Below, in pieces: positions 11,790-24,155 of a stretch of DNA of 59,735 nt. The notes beneath the pieces are model-generated. The model made no database searches. It saw only the letters and a list, made by a program, of their open reading frames with translations, and was not told where the DNA came from. This DNA is from Candidatus Altimarinota bacterium (GTDB lineage: Bacteria; Patescibacteriota; Gracilibacteria; BD1-5; UBA2023). A program made the position numbers and the translations under genes. The DNA lies in NCBI GenBank assembly GCA_028277205.1, contig JANQGT010000006.1, forward strand, positions 1 through 59,735, given 5' to 3'. The first letter of the stretch is position 1. Every line of letters begins with the position of its first letter.

Positions 11790-11990
11790 CTATCGCAGCT
11801 TTGTGTTTTGCTCTCGGTAGACACCGCGGATGATCGCGCTCTCGCGTATTTTTCGTCTCGTCGGCTCTTTCGTAAATCGCTTGCGCGCCCGAAGCCTGTT
11901 TGCTGTGCGGGTCTGAAAGAATGTCTTTTTATATCGCAGGATGAGTTTTTCGTCCGTTTCTCCCTGCTTTTTGATCGCGTAGGCTATCAC
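11790..11990 (-). CDS. rpsU: 30S ribosomal protein bS21
   Basis: KKQGETDEKLILRYKK...RFTKEPTRRKIRESAI, basic 66 aa; GTG start with GAAGGAG 7 nt upstream. Confidence 0.85.
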   Translation of the reverse strand: MIAYAIKKQGETDEKLILRYKKTFFQTRTANRLRARKRFTKEPTRRKIRESAIIRGVYREQNTKLR

Positions 11991-12027
11991 GTCTTTACTC
12001 CTTCATTAGAAAAAATAAGCCCGCCCA

Positions 12028-14970
12028 TTATACAGGTTTCCCCTCCGAGTCAAATGTTTTTCGCATACGCGTCTCGAATGCCGGGAAATTGAATGTATTG
12101 TCCGCGTAAAACAAGTCGGGGACTTTCTGGCTGGCATGACGCGCCATACCCTCACGATCGCCCTGTCCATCGCGTGTGTGCTCGTGATCCGTCTGAAAAT
12201 TGAGATACCAAAGCCGCGTCTCGAGCTGATCGAGCGTAGCGGGTACGGGCAGCTGGATGCCAAATACCCGGAAAAGCGATCCGAGTAAAATCACCCGTTC
12301 ACGCTCCGAGAGTCCGTTTTCGGGAGTGATGGCGTCGCCGGGGTACCCCTCGCTGATGACGCGCAGGACATTATGGAGATCTGCACCGAAAAATCCGAAT
12401 CCGCCCGACTCGAAAAAAGCGAGGGTATCGACGGTATTTCGGATGGCGCGCTCCCGATCCGCCTCATCATCGGGCAGGGGAATATCGAGCTCCAGTCCGC
12501 TCGCCTGTTCGCGGACAGTCGCGATCGGTCCGTCCATGCGGACGAGGTAGCGCGTATCGGGACTCGCGCGCTCGGGACGATATTCGTCGTACGGGGTGAA
12601 TTTGTACGACTGCGAAATAACAGCAGTCTCGACTCAGACTGTCGCATCCATCGTGCGACGACTGATCGCATCGAGCGCCTCACTATCGATCGTCCCCATC
12701 ATGTACGCTGCGACGTGCCGATCGTTTGCTTCGGCGGTTTGGAGTGCGGCTTCGATGACGATGAGCTGTATGAGTGCTTTGCGAAGCTCGGGATTTTTCA
12801 CACCATTCGCATCCAAAAATGCCTGTGCCGTGCGCAGGACGTAGTCTTGTGCAGTTTCACCATTCGCTTGCTTGACATCATTTTTGGCAATATATCAGCG
12901 CCACTCGCTGACAAACGCTCGGCGCGAAGCCGCAGAAATCTCAAACGGTTTTTCGCTGTCTGCATCCGTCTGGGGCACTCCGAGGAGCGCGCGCCACTCT
13001 TCGGAGAGTTCGTCGGAGTACATTTCAATCGCGCCAGCATGCGCCTGCGTATCGCGATCCGCCTTTGCGCGGCGCAGTCGCTGCAGCACCACGATGAGCT
13101 CTGTTACTACGCTCTCGCGCTGCTCTTCGGGGATTTTCGCCATGAGCTCTCGAAAGGGCGCATAGACGTTTGAGAGTTTTACACCCGAGAAAACAGTAGC
13201 GTCAAGACAGGCGGAAAACTCCTCATGATGCTCGATGAGAAGGGTACGAGTCGCCTCGGAAATGCCGAATTTTTCACATATCCCCGCGAGCTTTTTTCGC
13301 TGCGCCGTATCCGTCTCATCCAGATCGAAAAACGCCCGAAGCCCCTCCACACCGTGATCACTCTCGGCTATGGCGGATCGGATGCCGCGATGCAGGGCGA
13401 TATGATCGTGATAGACGTTTTCGTAGAGGGTGCGCCAGATATTGCGATCCTCTGGTGAAATCGCGGCATCATACACCTGAGTCTCGAAATACGCCAGTAC
13501 CTCGGGATTTCTCGACATTTCCGGATATTTTTCGAGCATATCCCGCATTGCTTCAAATGACATTTCCCCCTTTGCGATAGAAATATCGGCGATAAAATCG
13601 CGAGCCTGCGAATGAGCAAGCAGTGCGTCCCGAACAGAAGCATGCGTACGAAGCTCGGAGGACAGAAATCGCACCGAATCAGGAACCGCCTCGACGAGAC
13701 GTACTACGGTGGGTATATCCCGGAGAATATTTTTTCAAAGAAGCGCGATATCATACGGCGACTGTGAAAGGTGCGCCGTAACGGTATCGAATTGCCCCTC
13801 AAGATCTGCGACAGAGCGGATATTCCCGAGTGCCTGTCTCCCCTCGCTGGTCGGACGATCGATCAGTTTTCCAGTACTCCTGAGAGCATCGGCGCGGGAC
13901 GGATTATCGATGACGTCAAATGGAATGATATCCGACGGCACCGACTGTTCACGAGTATGAGATGAACGTAGAAAGGTGTACAGATAGATATAATCATGCC
14001 ATTTTTCGTAGGGGATCGCATGCCAGAGAGAGCTGACGGGATTGCTTTCTGCGAGTCCTGAAAATTTCTCTGTCTGTGAAAAGTAGTATGCCGTTTTCTC
14101 CGGATCCGCGAAAAACTCCGCGGGAACGTATTTGACGATATGTCGACCAATGCGCTCTCAGCCAATGCGCGTGATACCACTCGAAAACACCATCTCCGCC
14201 ACTGCGATACACGCCTCGGGATCGAGTGCGCGCAGGTGTCGCTCGTCCAGGCGATCGTGGTACGCGAGAAAAAAATCCGCCGCCATATCCGGAGGAAACG
14301 CCGCTACGACAGCGGGAAACCGGATCGCATCCTCCGCCACGCGCGTGCGAATGCTCTCGGGAAGCGGAGTGCGCTCATGCGCATCGAGGTATTTGAGGAT
14401 ATGCCGGTTTTGCGCGAATGCCGCCTCTAGAAACCCGGGCTTGCTTTTGAGAGCGTTGGGGGTGTGTTGCCAGTTTCTTGCCAGTCCGTGAATCGCGGAC
14501 AGGGCAATATCGGGGCTTTTTTTGCGCAGAGACTCGGGCAGATTTTCGTACAGAGTCGCGATACCGACGGCATCGAGCACGGACTTTCCCACCTCATCTG
14601 CAAACAGCGATACCGGTATCCCGCCGAGTATCGCGGGATCGGCGACCAGCTGCGCACGCAGATCGTCATCAATGCGCGATGAGGCATCCGCGGACGTATC
14701 GGCAAGCGTCGCATAGACGATTTCGAGAATGGCGACGGACTGGGTTTCCGGGGCACCGGATTTTGCTTTCATCACCGAGAGGCATTCCCGGATATGCTTT
14801 TGCAGTATTTTCTTGCCTTCGGGATTTTCGGCGTACTGAGCGGCGTATCAGACGATGCGCTCCACCGCTCGTCTGCTCGGCAGGCTGTCGCGAGCTTTTT
14901 CGAGTCCCTCGCGAAGTCCGGATGCAGACTCTAGAGACGCAGGACTCGGGGCTTCTCATCTGGGGGTCAT
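12028..14970 (-). CDS. Large hypothetical helical protein (~980 aa), possibly with DUF4116-like repeats
   Basis: Five same-frame ORF pieces join through TGA from ATG 14970 to TAA 12028; repeats such as LPESLRKKSPDIALSAI. Confidence 0.7.
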
Positions 14971-15571
14971 GTACACAGATAATAATACTAACCCTCGCAT
15001 CATAGCACACTCTCCGGATTTTCGTCAAAATCCGAAAAATCGCACTAAAATACTTCAGATATTTCGCTAATTCATCTGGACTACTCGGCTCGCTCTCGAA
15101 ACACGCATCGTGATATTCGACTTCTTTTATCATCGTGATATGATATATAACATCACTCCTGCCGCCTGCGATCTTGTCGATGAATACCGCTTTGTTTTCA
15201 CGATGAATTTTAGTCGTTTAGAGCTTTCAGCTCGTCGAAATGTGTCCATACGATCCCAAGTGCAATCAGAGCATTTTGCCTACGAAATACGCAAAAGAAG
15301 CACTGAATCAAAGAATTGTTTTCAAACGGTGAAAAGGTACCGCCGCATATTTTGTGTGATCGTCTGCGACAGAATAGTCGGTCAGGCTGTAACCGTGTGA
15401 ATACGTGCATTCCAAAAGTTGCTGACACAAATGGTGAAAAACGCTTTTTATTCGAAAAAATCCGTTCTCCGACCAGGGATTCAACACTGCATGCCAACAG
15501 GACCTACCCAAAAAAATCGAACTGAAAACCTGTATTGAAAGCACTGCTTGCGATTTTGTCCCTCTGATACT

Positions 15572-18500
15572 CTATCCCTCCGACTCTCGCGTCCGCCTCC
15601 TGCGCCCGACAAATATTCGTGCAATATGCCGCCTGAAAAATGAAAATATCCGCGAGATCCATCCCGGTCCGTGCGACCGGACAAACAACTCGTAAAACAG
15701 CGCCGGAATGACAAAGAGTGTCATGGTCGCTCCCGCCACCAGCCCAAAGACGACAGTGAACGAAAGTCCCGCCCAAAACTCATCCTGAAATGCCAGAGGC
15801 AGCATCCCAAATATCGTGGTGAGCGTCGTGAGGATGATGGGCGCGAGGCGCGATTTTCCCGCTTCGATGATGGCGTGTTTCATATCGGAGTCTCTCTCCA
15901 GATTGTATTTCATGCGGTCTATGAGGATGATCGCATTATTGACGACGATACCCGTCAGCGCGATAAATCCGATGGCAAACGGCATACTGTACGGATTTCC
16001 CGTGACGTAGAGTCCGATATTGACTCCCAAAAGCGCGAGGATGACGGAGTAGAGAATGATTGCGGGCTGCGCGTAAGAATTGAACTGCAATACGAGCACA
16101 GCGAAAATCCCCAAAAGCGCGAGGATAAAAGACGTCACGGTCGACTGGATGAGCTCGGCATTTTCCTCGCCTTCTCCGCTCGCCTCGTAGGAGACGCCGG
16201 TCGGAAAATCATACACCTCGGCGAATGCCAGATAGGCGCTCTGGATGTCGGCGGTCCGACTGATAAATTCTCGCTCCAGATCGGTCTCCGCCCTCAGGAC
16301 GATTTTCGTATCCTCTCGGTCGATGGAGTCGACGCTCTGTGCGAGCTGAAATCGCGCGACATCCTCGACGGCGATGCTGCCGCCATTGGTCGGGATACGC
16401 AGTCGCTCGATGGCGCTCGGATCGACACTGTCAGCAAAACGCGAACTTTTTATGATGATATCCGCATCAAATGCCCGCTCCTTCATAGAGCCGACACCGA
16501 TACCGTCCACGCTGCCGGATACGATACCGCGCACGGTACCGGGCGTGAGTCCGAGTCGCGAGAGTGCCTCGGTATCGTACTCCAGGACAAACTGTCCCGG
16601 CGTATCCTGGCTTGAGAGGCTTGCGTTTTTCGTGCCCTCCACGCCCTCGAGATAGGCTTTGAATTCTTCGCCGACAGCCCGGAGCGTGTCGAGATCTTTG
16701 GTAGAGGAGGCGACGAGCTTGATCCCGACGGGCTTCACGCCAGGAGGTCCGCCCGCCTGGACTGCGATTTCCGCAGAGAGATTATTTCGCCGGAGAAATT
16801 CGATTTTCCCCGAAATCTCCTCCTCGACTCCAAAGCTGTCGCGCAGTCACCTCTCATCGCGCAGATCTTTTTCCGCGAGCATCACGGTCATGCCGATAGA
16901 GTTGTCGAGTACGGATATGTAGAAATACTCCACCTCGGGAATTTCCGCAAGCACATCATGAATCTGGGGCAAAAACGGCGTGAGGTTTTCGGTCACTGTT
17001 CCCTTTTCGGCGGTGGCGGTGATGTTTATCTGCTTATTGTCCCCCGAGGGAAACAGCGTAAATCCGATGGAAGGACTCAGAAACATGAATGTCATGACGA
17101 GCGCGACAACGGGTGAAAATATCAGGATGATCCGCCGAAACCGCGTCTGGATAAATCGCGTCAAAAGAAATCCGTACCCACCCCGCAGTCCGCCGATGAG
17201 TCGCTCCGAAAAAGAGACTCGCTCCTCTTCGGGAGTTTTGTTTTCGCGGTCATGAGCCAAAAGCATTTTCACATCCGCATCCAGAAATCGCTCGGCATCA
17301 GGAGTGTTTGTATACTTTTTACTGTCGCGATTGAGCTTGTAAAATATCGCCGAGTTGAGCGTGAGCGACAGTACGAGCACCGCCAAGAGCGTCGAGAAAA
17401 CGGTGATGGGAATGAACGCGAGATATTTTCCGAGGATATCCGGGAGCGTGAGCATCGGTACGAAGACGACGAGCGTCGTGACCGCACCGGAAATAAGCGG
17501 ATATTTCAGCTCGCGAATGGCAAGCAGCACGGCATGTTTCGGGGTAAATCCGAGGCGCATTTTCTGCGATGCGCCCTCGACGATGACGATGATCGTGTCT
17601 ATAGAGATACCGAGCGTGAGGACGAGGCTGAAATTCGTAAGAAAATTGAGCGTGAGACCCAGAGCGTCGAGCACGAAAAACGTCACGAGAAAACCAAGCG
17701 GCAGCACGATGGACGTATTGATCGCCTGTTTGAGTCCGATGAATAACAGCAAAACGAGAAACACGAGCCCAAACGTTTGCAGCGCGCTTTGCGAGAGATC
17801 GCCGTAGTCGCGCTTGATTTCCTCGGAGAGGTCCAGTCCGTAGACGATGTTTGTCCCGGAAAATTCCTGCGTCTCAAGCAGCTTTTTGATATTTTCCTTT
17901 GCGTTGTCGGCGGTGGAAAAAATATCCGTTCCCTTACTTTTATTGAATGTCAAAAGTGCCTGCGGGCGCAGTGTTTCGCTCTGTCCGCCGTTTTCCTCCG
18001 AGAGCGGTCCAAATCCGAGTCGACGTACCGTCTCGTCCTCATAGTCGCGACGGGTGGTGGCGATATCGCGAAGCTTGACATTTGAGTCGCCGCGAGTGAC
18101 GACGGTGAGATCCATGAGCTCGTCTATCGAGCTAAACTCTCCCTCGATCCGAAAGTCATAGGAGAGATTTTCCACTCGATAGTTTCCGATCGGACGATTT
18201 TGGTGGTAGTCGCGGATCGTGCTTGCGATCGATTCGATAGAGATGCCGAGCGACTCCAGCTGCTCATGGCGAACGATGATCTCGTATTCAAATTCGGCGT
18301 CTCCGGCGACGTCGATGGTCGTCACGCCGTCTTTTCCTTCGAGTTCGTCTTTCATCCGGCGAGCCAGATCGATGATACGCTCCTGCGGGATATCCGTATC
18401 CTCGCTATACAGGAGCGCCTGAAACATGACCTGTGAATTGCTCGATATCTCGGTAACGGTGGGATCCTCGGCATCCGACGGAAATGATACTTTGTCCAAA

Positions 18501-18913
18501 GCGGAATTGACATCGACGATCGTGTCATTGACATCCACACCATTTTCGAGCTCGATCGTCGTACTCGAAAATCCGAGCCGACTCGTGGAAGTAATTTTCT
18601 TGATGCCTTCGAGGTCTTTGATTTCCTGCTCGACTTTATCGGTGATGAGATCGTCTATGTCCTCCGGACCGACTCCCTGATAGATCGTAGTGATCTGCAG
18701 GATACCGAAATCTATTTCGGGGTTGCTTTCTTTCGGGATGACAAAGAGCGCACCCACACCGAGGATGATGACCATGAGCACGAGCAAAAACGACATCCGG
18801 TACTGCACCACCCAAAATCCGAAAAATCCGGACTCGAGCGAGCGGATAAACCGGGTGATACGGCTGTCGGTATCGTGCGAGCCCGGCTCGGGCGTTTCGT
18901 GTTCGTGCGGCAT
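15572..18913 (-). CDS. RND efflux transporter permease (AcrB/AcrD/AcrF family)
   Basis: IPKESNPEID, LGISIDTIIVIVE, GIVVNNAIILID, RLAPIILTTLTT; joined at TGA 16847. Confidence 0.95.
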
Positions 18914-18934
18914 GGGAAATGACGATATGAGGGT

Positions 18935-21043
18935 TTACTCGACGACTTCGAGATAGGAAGTGTTTGGATTGTAGTTTTCGAGGCTCGTAGTCACCACGCG
19001 CGTCTCCGGCGAAAGATCGGAAACAAGCTCGACCCGGGTCCCGCGGATGGCGCCGATATCGACGCGTTTTCGTACTGGGATGCCGTCTTCGAGGATATAC
19101 AGCGTCCCAGAGTTTCCGGATACGGTCTCGAAAATATTGACCGGTAAAAGCGCAAATTCGTAGGAAACCGGTATGCGCGCCGTGACAAAATCTCCAAGCT
19201 GGCGAAGTCCGCTCTCGGCGCGTACCAGGACCTCGTATGAGAGCGTATCGTCGGCGACGCTCGATATAGAGTACACCGTCCCCGTAAACGTGCTCTCTCG
19301 CGATGAGAGGGGAATAGCCGATCCGAGCGCGATGCGCGAGATCTCCTCGCTCGACAGCGATAGCGATGCCTCCTGTACGACCGTGCTCGACAGTGATACG
19401 AGCGGCGTGCCGGACGAGACCTCCTGTCATCGCTCGACGGCGATGTCAGTGATTTTCCCGGAAATCGGGGCGCGCACGGAGAGTCGGGCGTAGTCCCGCT
19501 CTGATCTCACGAGAGCGATGCGGGCGTCCTCTATGGAGTTTCGCAGGGAGGCGAGCGTGGTCGTTTTGTTTCTCTGGGCATTATCGAGATTGACACGCGC
19601 CTGCTCCAGAGCGATCTCCGCATTTTTCACACTGTCGGTCGTCCCGATCTCCTCTCGGTCGAGAGAGATCTCGGATGTCCTGTCCTGCGTGACCAGATTG
19701 TCCCGCTGGATCTGGATCTGCGTGACGAGAGAGGCGATATTTTGCTTCGAGCTTTCGATGCTGGCGCGAGTGGACTCCAGGCTCTTTTTTTGGACGTCGA
19801 GCGACTTTTCCTGTACTTCCAGATTTTTTTGCGATATCGCCTCATCGTCTCGATACTGATCGATGAAATTCGTCACGGTATTTTGAAACGACGAGACAAA
19901 TGTCGCGTACATCGTCTGCAGTGTCGTCTCGTATCCGGAAAATGTCGAGAGGTGTCCGTCTATGGTCGTCTGGGTAAAATCCGATGAGGGAATGGAGTTT
20001 TCGAGTACGTTTTTCATCTCGGCGAGAAATGTGCGCATCGTGGCATACAGCTCGTCGAGTCGCTCGATTTCAAAGACGAGATTCGACTCCGAGAGATTTC
20101 TGTGATTGACCGTCGAAAGCGAATCGGACGTCCTGATGATATCCTCGAGCATCGTCTCGGTGCGATCGCGCTGGATAGCGTTTTGCGCACCGAGAAACCG
20201 ATCAAATTCATCGTTTTTCGCCTGATTTATATCCGTCACACCCAAAAGCTCGTCCGCATCAAATGTGACATTATCCACAAATTTTACGAGATCGGAGCGG
20301 TAGACATTGTAGCTATTGAAATAATTTCCGACGGTATCCTGATTTTTCGCGAGTGTCTGCTCGTGACTCTGCACGCTCTGCTCGTACGATGCCTCGGACT
20401 GCTCCAGCGAGAGCTCGGCGTTTTCCAGATCCAGCTGCAGTTTTTGCAGATCGACGCGGGCTTTCTGGAGGTCGTTTTCCAGCTTTTCGATCTCGCGTGC
20501 GGCGGTGGAGTTTTCATCGCTGAGGTCGCTCGTGGATCGCGATATGGACGCCTGTGCCAGACGCTCGGTCGCATCCGCCTTTGCGGTCGCGAGATCTTTT
20601 TCCGCGCGCTGATAGGACAGATTGGCATCCGCGATCGCCTTGTCGAGCGAGATGGCAGTTCTTTCAAGCTCTATTTCGCGGGACTGTAGCGTATTTCGCG
20701 AGCGCTCCAGTGTATTGCCATACGAGGCGATCGTATCCTGCAGCGACACGACGACCTGTCATTCGCTCACGACATCGCCCGCCTTGACGAGGATAGCGCC
20801 GACTCGCCCCTGCACGAGACTGGAGACCTGCACGCTGTCCACCGGCTCGATGGTCGCCACTTTTTCGATGACGCTGTCCCGTCCAAATGACGAAATCGGC
20901 GCCACCTCGACCCGGTACGCGGTCTTCTCGATACCGGTTTCCGTCTCGCCGGTACCGGTCTCCTCGGTATCCGAGCCGGAGGAAAAACACGACGAGAGAA
21001 CCAAGACAGAGCAAAAAACCGGAATGAAAATCGTACGAGACAT
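18935..21043 (-). CDS. RND adaptor (membrane fusion protein), lipoprotein with very long coiled coil
   Basis: Lipobox LSSC; VKAGDVVSE(G)Q and VRAPISGKI lipoyl halves; joined at TGA 20759 and 19427. Confidence 0.9.
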
Positions 21044-21050
21044 AGAGATA

Positions 21051-21341
21051 TTATTGAGGATGATTTTTATGAGTAGTGTCAGCTCCCGCCCCTATTTCCT
21101 CTCGCATGTACTCCAGGATCTCGGCGAGATCGGAGTTTTTCACGAGACCGACGGCACGATCATGTTTTGTGATGACCAGCAGAGTGTCGCCCGGCTCGAT
21201 GCCCGTGAGCTTACGAACTTCTTTCGGGATGACGACCTGTCCTTTCGCGCCTACACTCACGGTGCCGTGCATTTTGACAGCGCATTGATTTGCGAGCGAG
21301 TCAAATGCTTTTGTATCATGTGTTTTTGAGTCTTTCGACAT
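21051..21341 (-). CDS. AbrB/MazE/SpoVT family transcription regulator
   Basis: GTVSVGAKGQVVIPKEVRKLTGIEPGD motif; first gene of the RND operon. Confidence 0.92.
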   Translation of the reverse strand: MSKDSKTHDTKAFDSLANQCAVKMHGTVSVGAKGQVVIPKEVRKLTGIEPGDTLLVITKHDRAVGLVKNSDLAEILEYMREEIGAGADTTHKNHPQ

Positions 21342-21571
21342 TTGTCGGAAATCAGAAGAAAAGTATGAAAAGTGGGAAATGTCGAAAAATAGTATAGTTT
21401 AGGTAGTATAAAAATGCAAGAAAAAATGTTTTTTCATATTCATAAGCGAAGTATTTCGACGGTGCATGGGCAGAGCTGAGTGAGTGTTTGAATGCTTTCG
21501 GGCAGACGTCGATCCGCTAACATATGGGATATAAATCACCTTCGGACATATTCGAGATATTTAGCAGACTG

Positions 21572-22453
21572 TTACTGCTCGTCATGTAAATGCGATTCGT
21601 CTTCTTCGTGAGTATGCTCGCGATCATGATCGTGATGACGGTCGTGATCGTGGGCGTGATCATGATCGTGGGCGTGCTCGCCGCCGAAAGTGTGTAAAAG
21701 CGAATTGAATCCAAATACAAATCCTATCCCCACGAGGATGAGTAAAAATCGCAGGATATCCCGGATGCCCCCCTCGCGTCATCGCGAGAGCGGCATCATA
21801 TCGGACAGTGCGATGTAGAGGAGTCCTCCCGCATTGAAAGCGATGAGGATGGGCGTGATCCGATCGATCGAATCGAGAAACGGATACATCGCAAGCGCTC
21901 AAAAAATCCCGCCGCTTGCGGCGACGGAGTACGAAAGAAATGATCCGCGATTCATGACGTAGTTTGCAAAATTTTGCGGGAGCGCGTGCAGCAGGATCAC
22001 CACCGAGAGCAAAATCCCCGTCTCAAAACCGGCTGCAAACCCGGTATACAGGACGATACCGTGAAAGCCATTATGTAAAAAAGTCCCCATATTCATGAGC
22101 GTCCCGTGATGCGAGTGCGCATGGGCGATGCTGTCGTCGCGAGGGTGATCGCCATCGCCTCTCACATGGGAAAGGTCATGACAGTGATGATAGTGCACGA
22201 GCGTCTCGACGAGCGCGAAAACAAGCACCCCCGAGAGTAAAAATATCGCAAACTCCTCTCCGGAGAGCTTTGCGGACGCCTCGGGGAGAAATTCAAAAAA
22301 GACAGTCGCGAGGATCGTCCCAGTAGCAAAAGCGACAAACCACGAAAACGCCGATATGATGCGATATCGCAGGGGCAAGAGCGCGAACGCGATACAAACG
22401 AGAAGGAGGGTGATACCGACATTCGCGACAAGCGAAGAAAGCCAGAAAGTCAT
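21572..22453 (-). CDS. ZIP family metal transporter with His-rich loop and tail
   Basis: FATGTILA...LPEA, LHNGFHG, LLHALPQ, AGGLLYIALSD; C-terminal HAHDHDHAHDHDRHHDHD; two TGA. Confidence 0.9.
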
Positions 22454-22697
22454 AGAAATCAAAAAAAGATGCCCCTGCAGTATACCAGAGCCGTCAAGTG
22501 TTTTTGATTTTTCATCGTGAGATTTTAGTATTTGCGCCTCCGATTTCGGGATGACGCTATTATCTGCAAATGCATTGCAGAATAGCAGCATAGTCAAAGC
22601 AATGCTTTCGATATGATTTTTTGGATTTTATTGATACCGTGTCAATATTCCGGTCGGAGAATGATTTTCTCGAATGTCAATGATTTTCTCGAGTATG

Positions 22698-22743
22698 AAT
22701 AACCCCCAGCCGGGAGACAGGGAGTTTTGCGCGGAAAATATAA
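22698..22743 (+). repeat. Dispersed ~45-bp hairpin element, copy A
   Basis: AATAACCCCCAGCCGGGAGACAGGGAGTTTTGCGCGGAAAATATAA; similar to 23720-23764 and to the reverse strand of 35585-35631. Confidence 0.7.
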
Positions 22744-23030
22744 GCCGGTATCCGGACTTCTTCGACGAAAAAGCGCTTTTTTACTATACTGTATCAATTT
22801 GTATCATTTGTATCAATAGATTCTGGTCACTCTTCACTCATCCAAAATACCTCATTATCTACAGCTGTGATCGTGATTTTATCGCAGGCGGTTAGAGAGC
22901 TTTACTCTCAAATTTTATGTGCGAACTTTTTATACTTCCGGCATTTTACCGGTATTTCCATAAATCCCCCTTGTATTTTAAGGAAAAACCTCATACACTG
23001 CCGGGGTGATTATTTTCCATCCATATTATT

Positions 23031-23639
23031 ATGCGCATTCGATTTCTCTCGCTTCTCGCATGTTTCCTCCTCATATGAGGATCGCATGTTTCCACGATCT
23101 CGGCAGCCAGTGAATTTTTCGAGAGCGCGGAAAAACTCTCGGAAAAAAATATCATCTCCCGGGCGTCGTCGGCATACGCCTACCGTCTGGATGATCCGAT
23201 CACTCGGGGCGAGATGTCAAAAATCCTTTTTGGATTTATCAATACATTTCGCTCCGAGGGGATATCATTCGGAGACTGCTCGGAGAGCTCATTTCTCGAT
23301 GTCGATGAGGATAGTGTTTTTTGCCGGTATGTCGTCGCGCTCGTAGATGACGGGATCATCTCGAAAAATTCTCGATTTTACCCGGAGCGTCCCCTCACAC
23401 GCGCGGAGATGACGACACTCCTACTACGATGAATGCAGGAGCAGGCGAGTGAGTCACCGGAAACAGTATTTTCAGACATATCCGAAGATATCGTCGGTAT
23501 CCACTCCGGATACATCACCCGGGCAAGAGAGCTCGGGATCGTACAGTCGTGACGATATTTTCGTCCGCTGGATCCCGTCACACGCGGAGAGGCGTTTACG
23601 ATGATTGCACGGCTTCTTCCGGATAGCTCGGACAGCTAG
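23031..23639 (+). CDS. SLH-domain protein
   Basis: Signal peptide; three SLH motifs RLDDPITRGEM, FYPERPLTRAEM, FRPLDPVTRGEA; three TGA; ends TAG. Confidence 0.88.
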
Positions 23640-23719
23640 TACCATGGAGATACTTGCAGTGTAAGTATTCGCTCTCAACATAGAATATCGAGCAAACCAG
23701 AAATTGCTGACACAAAGTA

Positions 23720-23764
23720 AATAACCCTCAGCCGGGAGGCGGGGGTTTTGGGGAGGAAGTATAA
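23720..23764 (+). repeat. Dispersed ~45-bp hairpin element, copy B
   Basis: AATAACCCTCAGCCGGGAGGCGGGGGTTTTGGGGAGGAAGTATAA. Confidence 0.7.
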
Positions 23765-23960
23765 CATCTTCTGTGCGCTGCTATCGACAGAGTGTTTATT
23801 TGGAGTTTCGGTATAAATCTCTATAGACTCAGGAAAATCCGTACTACAACAGCTTTTACGCATTTTCATCACGAAAATATTTTTAGACATGCTCTGTCGT
23901 AAATAGGGCTCTACCCTCAAAAAAATCCCCGAAACGGGAATAAAAACACCTCTCGACATC

Positions 23961-24050
23961 TGGCGGAGAGGGGGGGATTCGAACCCCCGATGCCCTTGCG
24001 GGCATACCGCTTTTCGAGAGCGGCGCGATCGACCACTCTGCCACCTCTCC
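23961..24050 (-). tRNA. tRNA-Ser(CGA)
   Basis: GGAGAGG acceptor, anticodon arm CCGCT-CTCGAAA-AGCGG, long variable arm, GTTCGAATC, CCA end. Confidence 0.97.
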
Positions 24051-24155
24051 AGAGTGCGCGACAGCATATCCGAAAGCATGTGAAAGTCAATGAGGCATCC
24101 TACTGGTTCACAAAGCAATACATTTTGCTATAATCACCCCAGATCAATCTATCAT

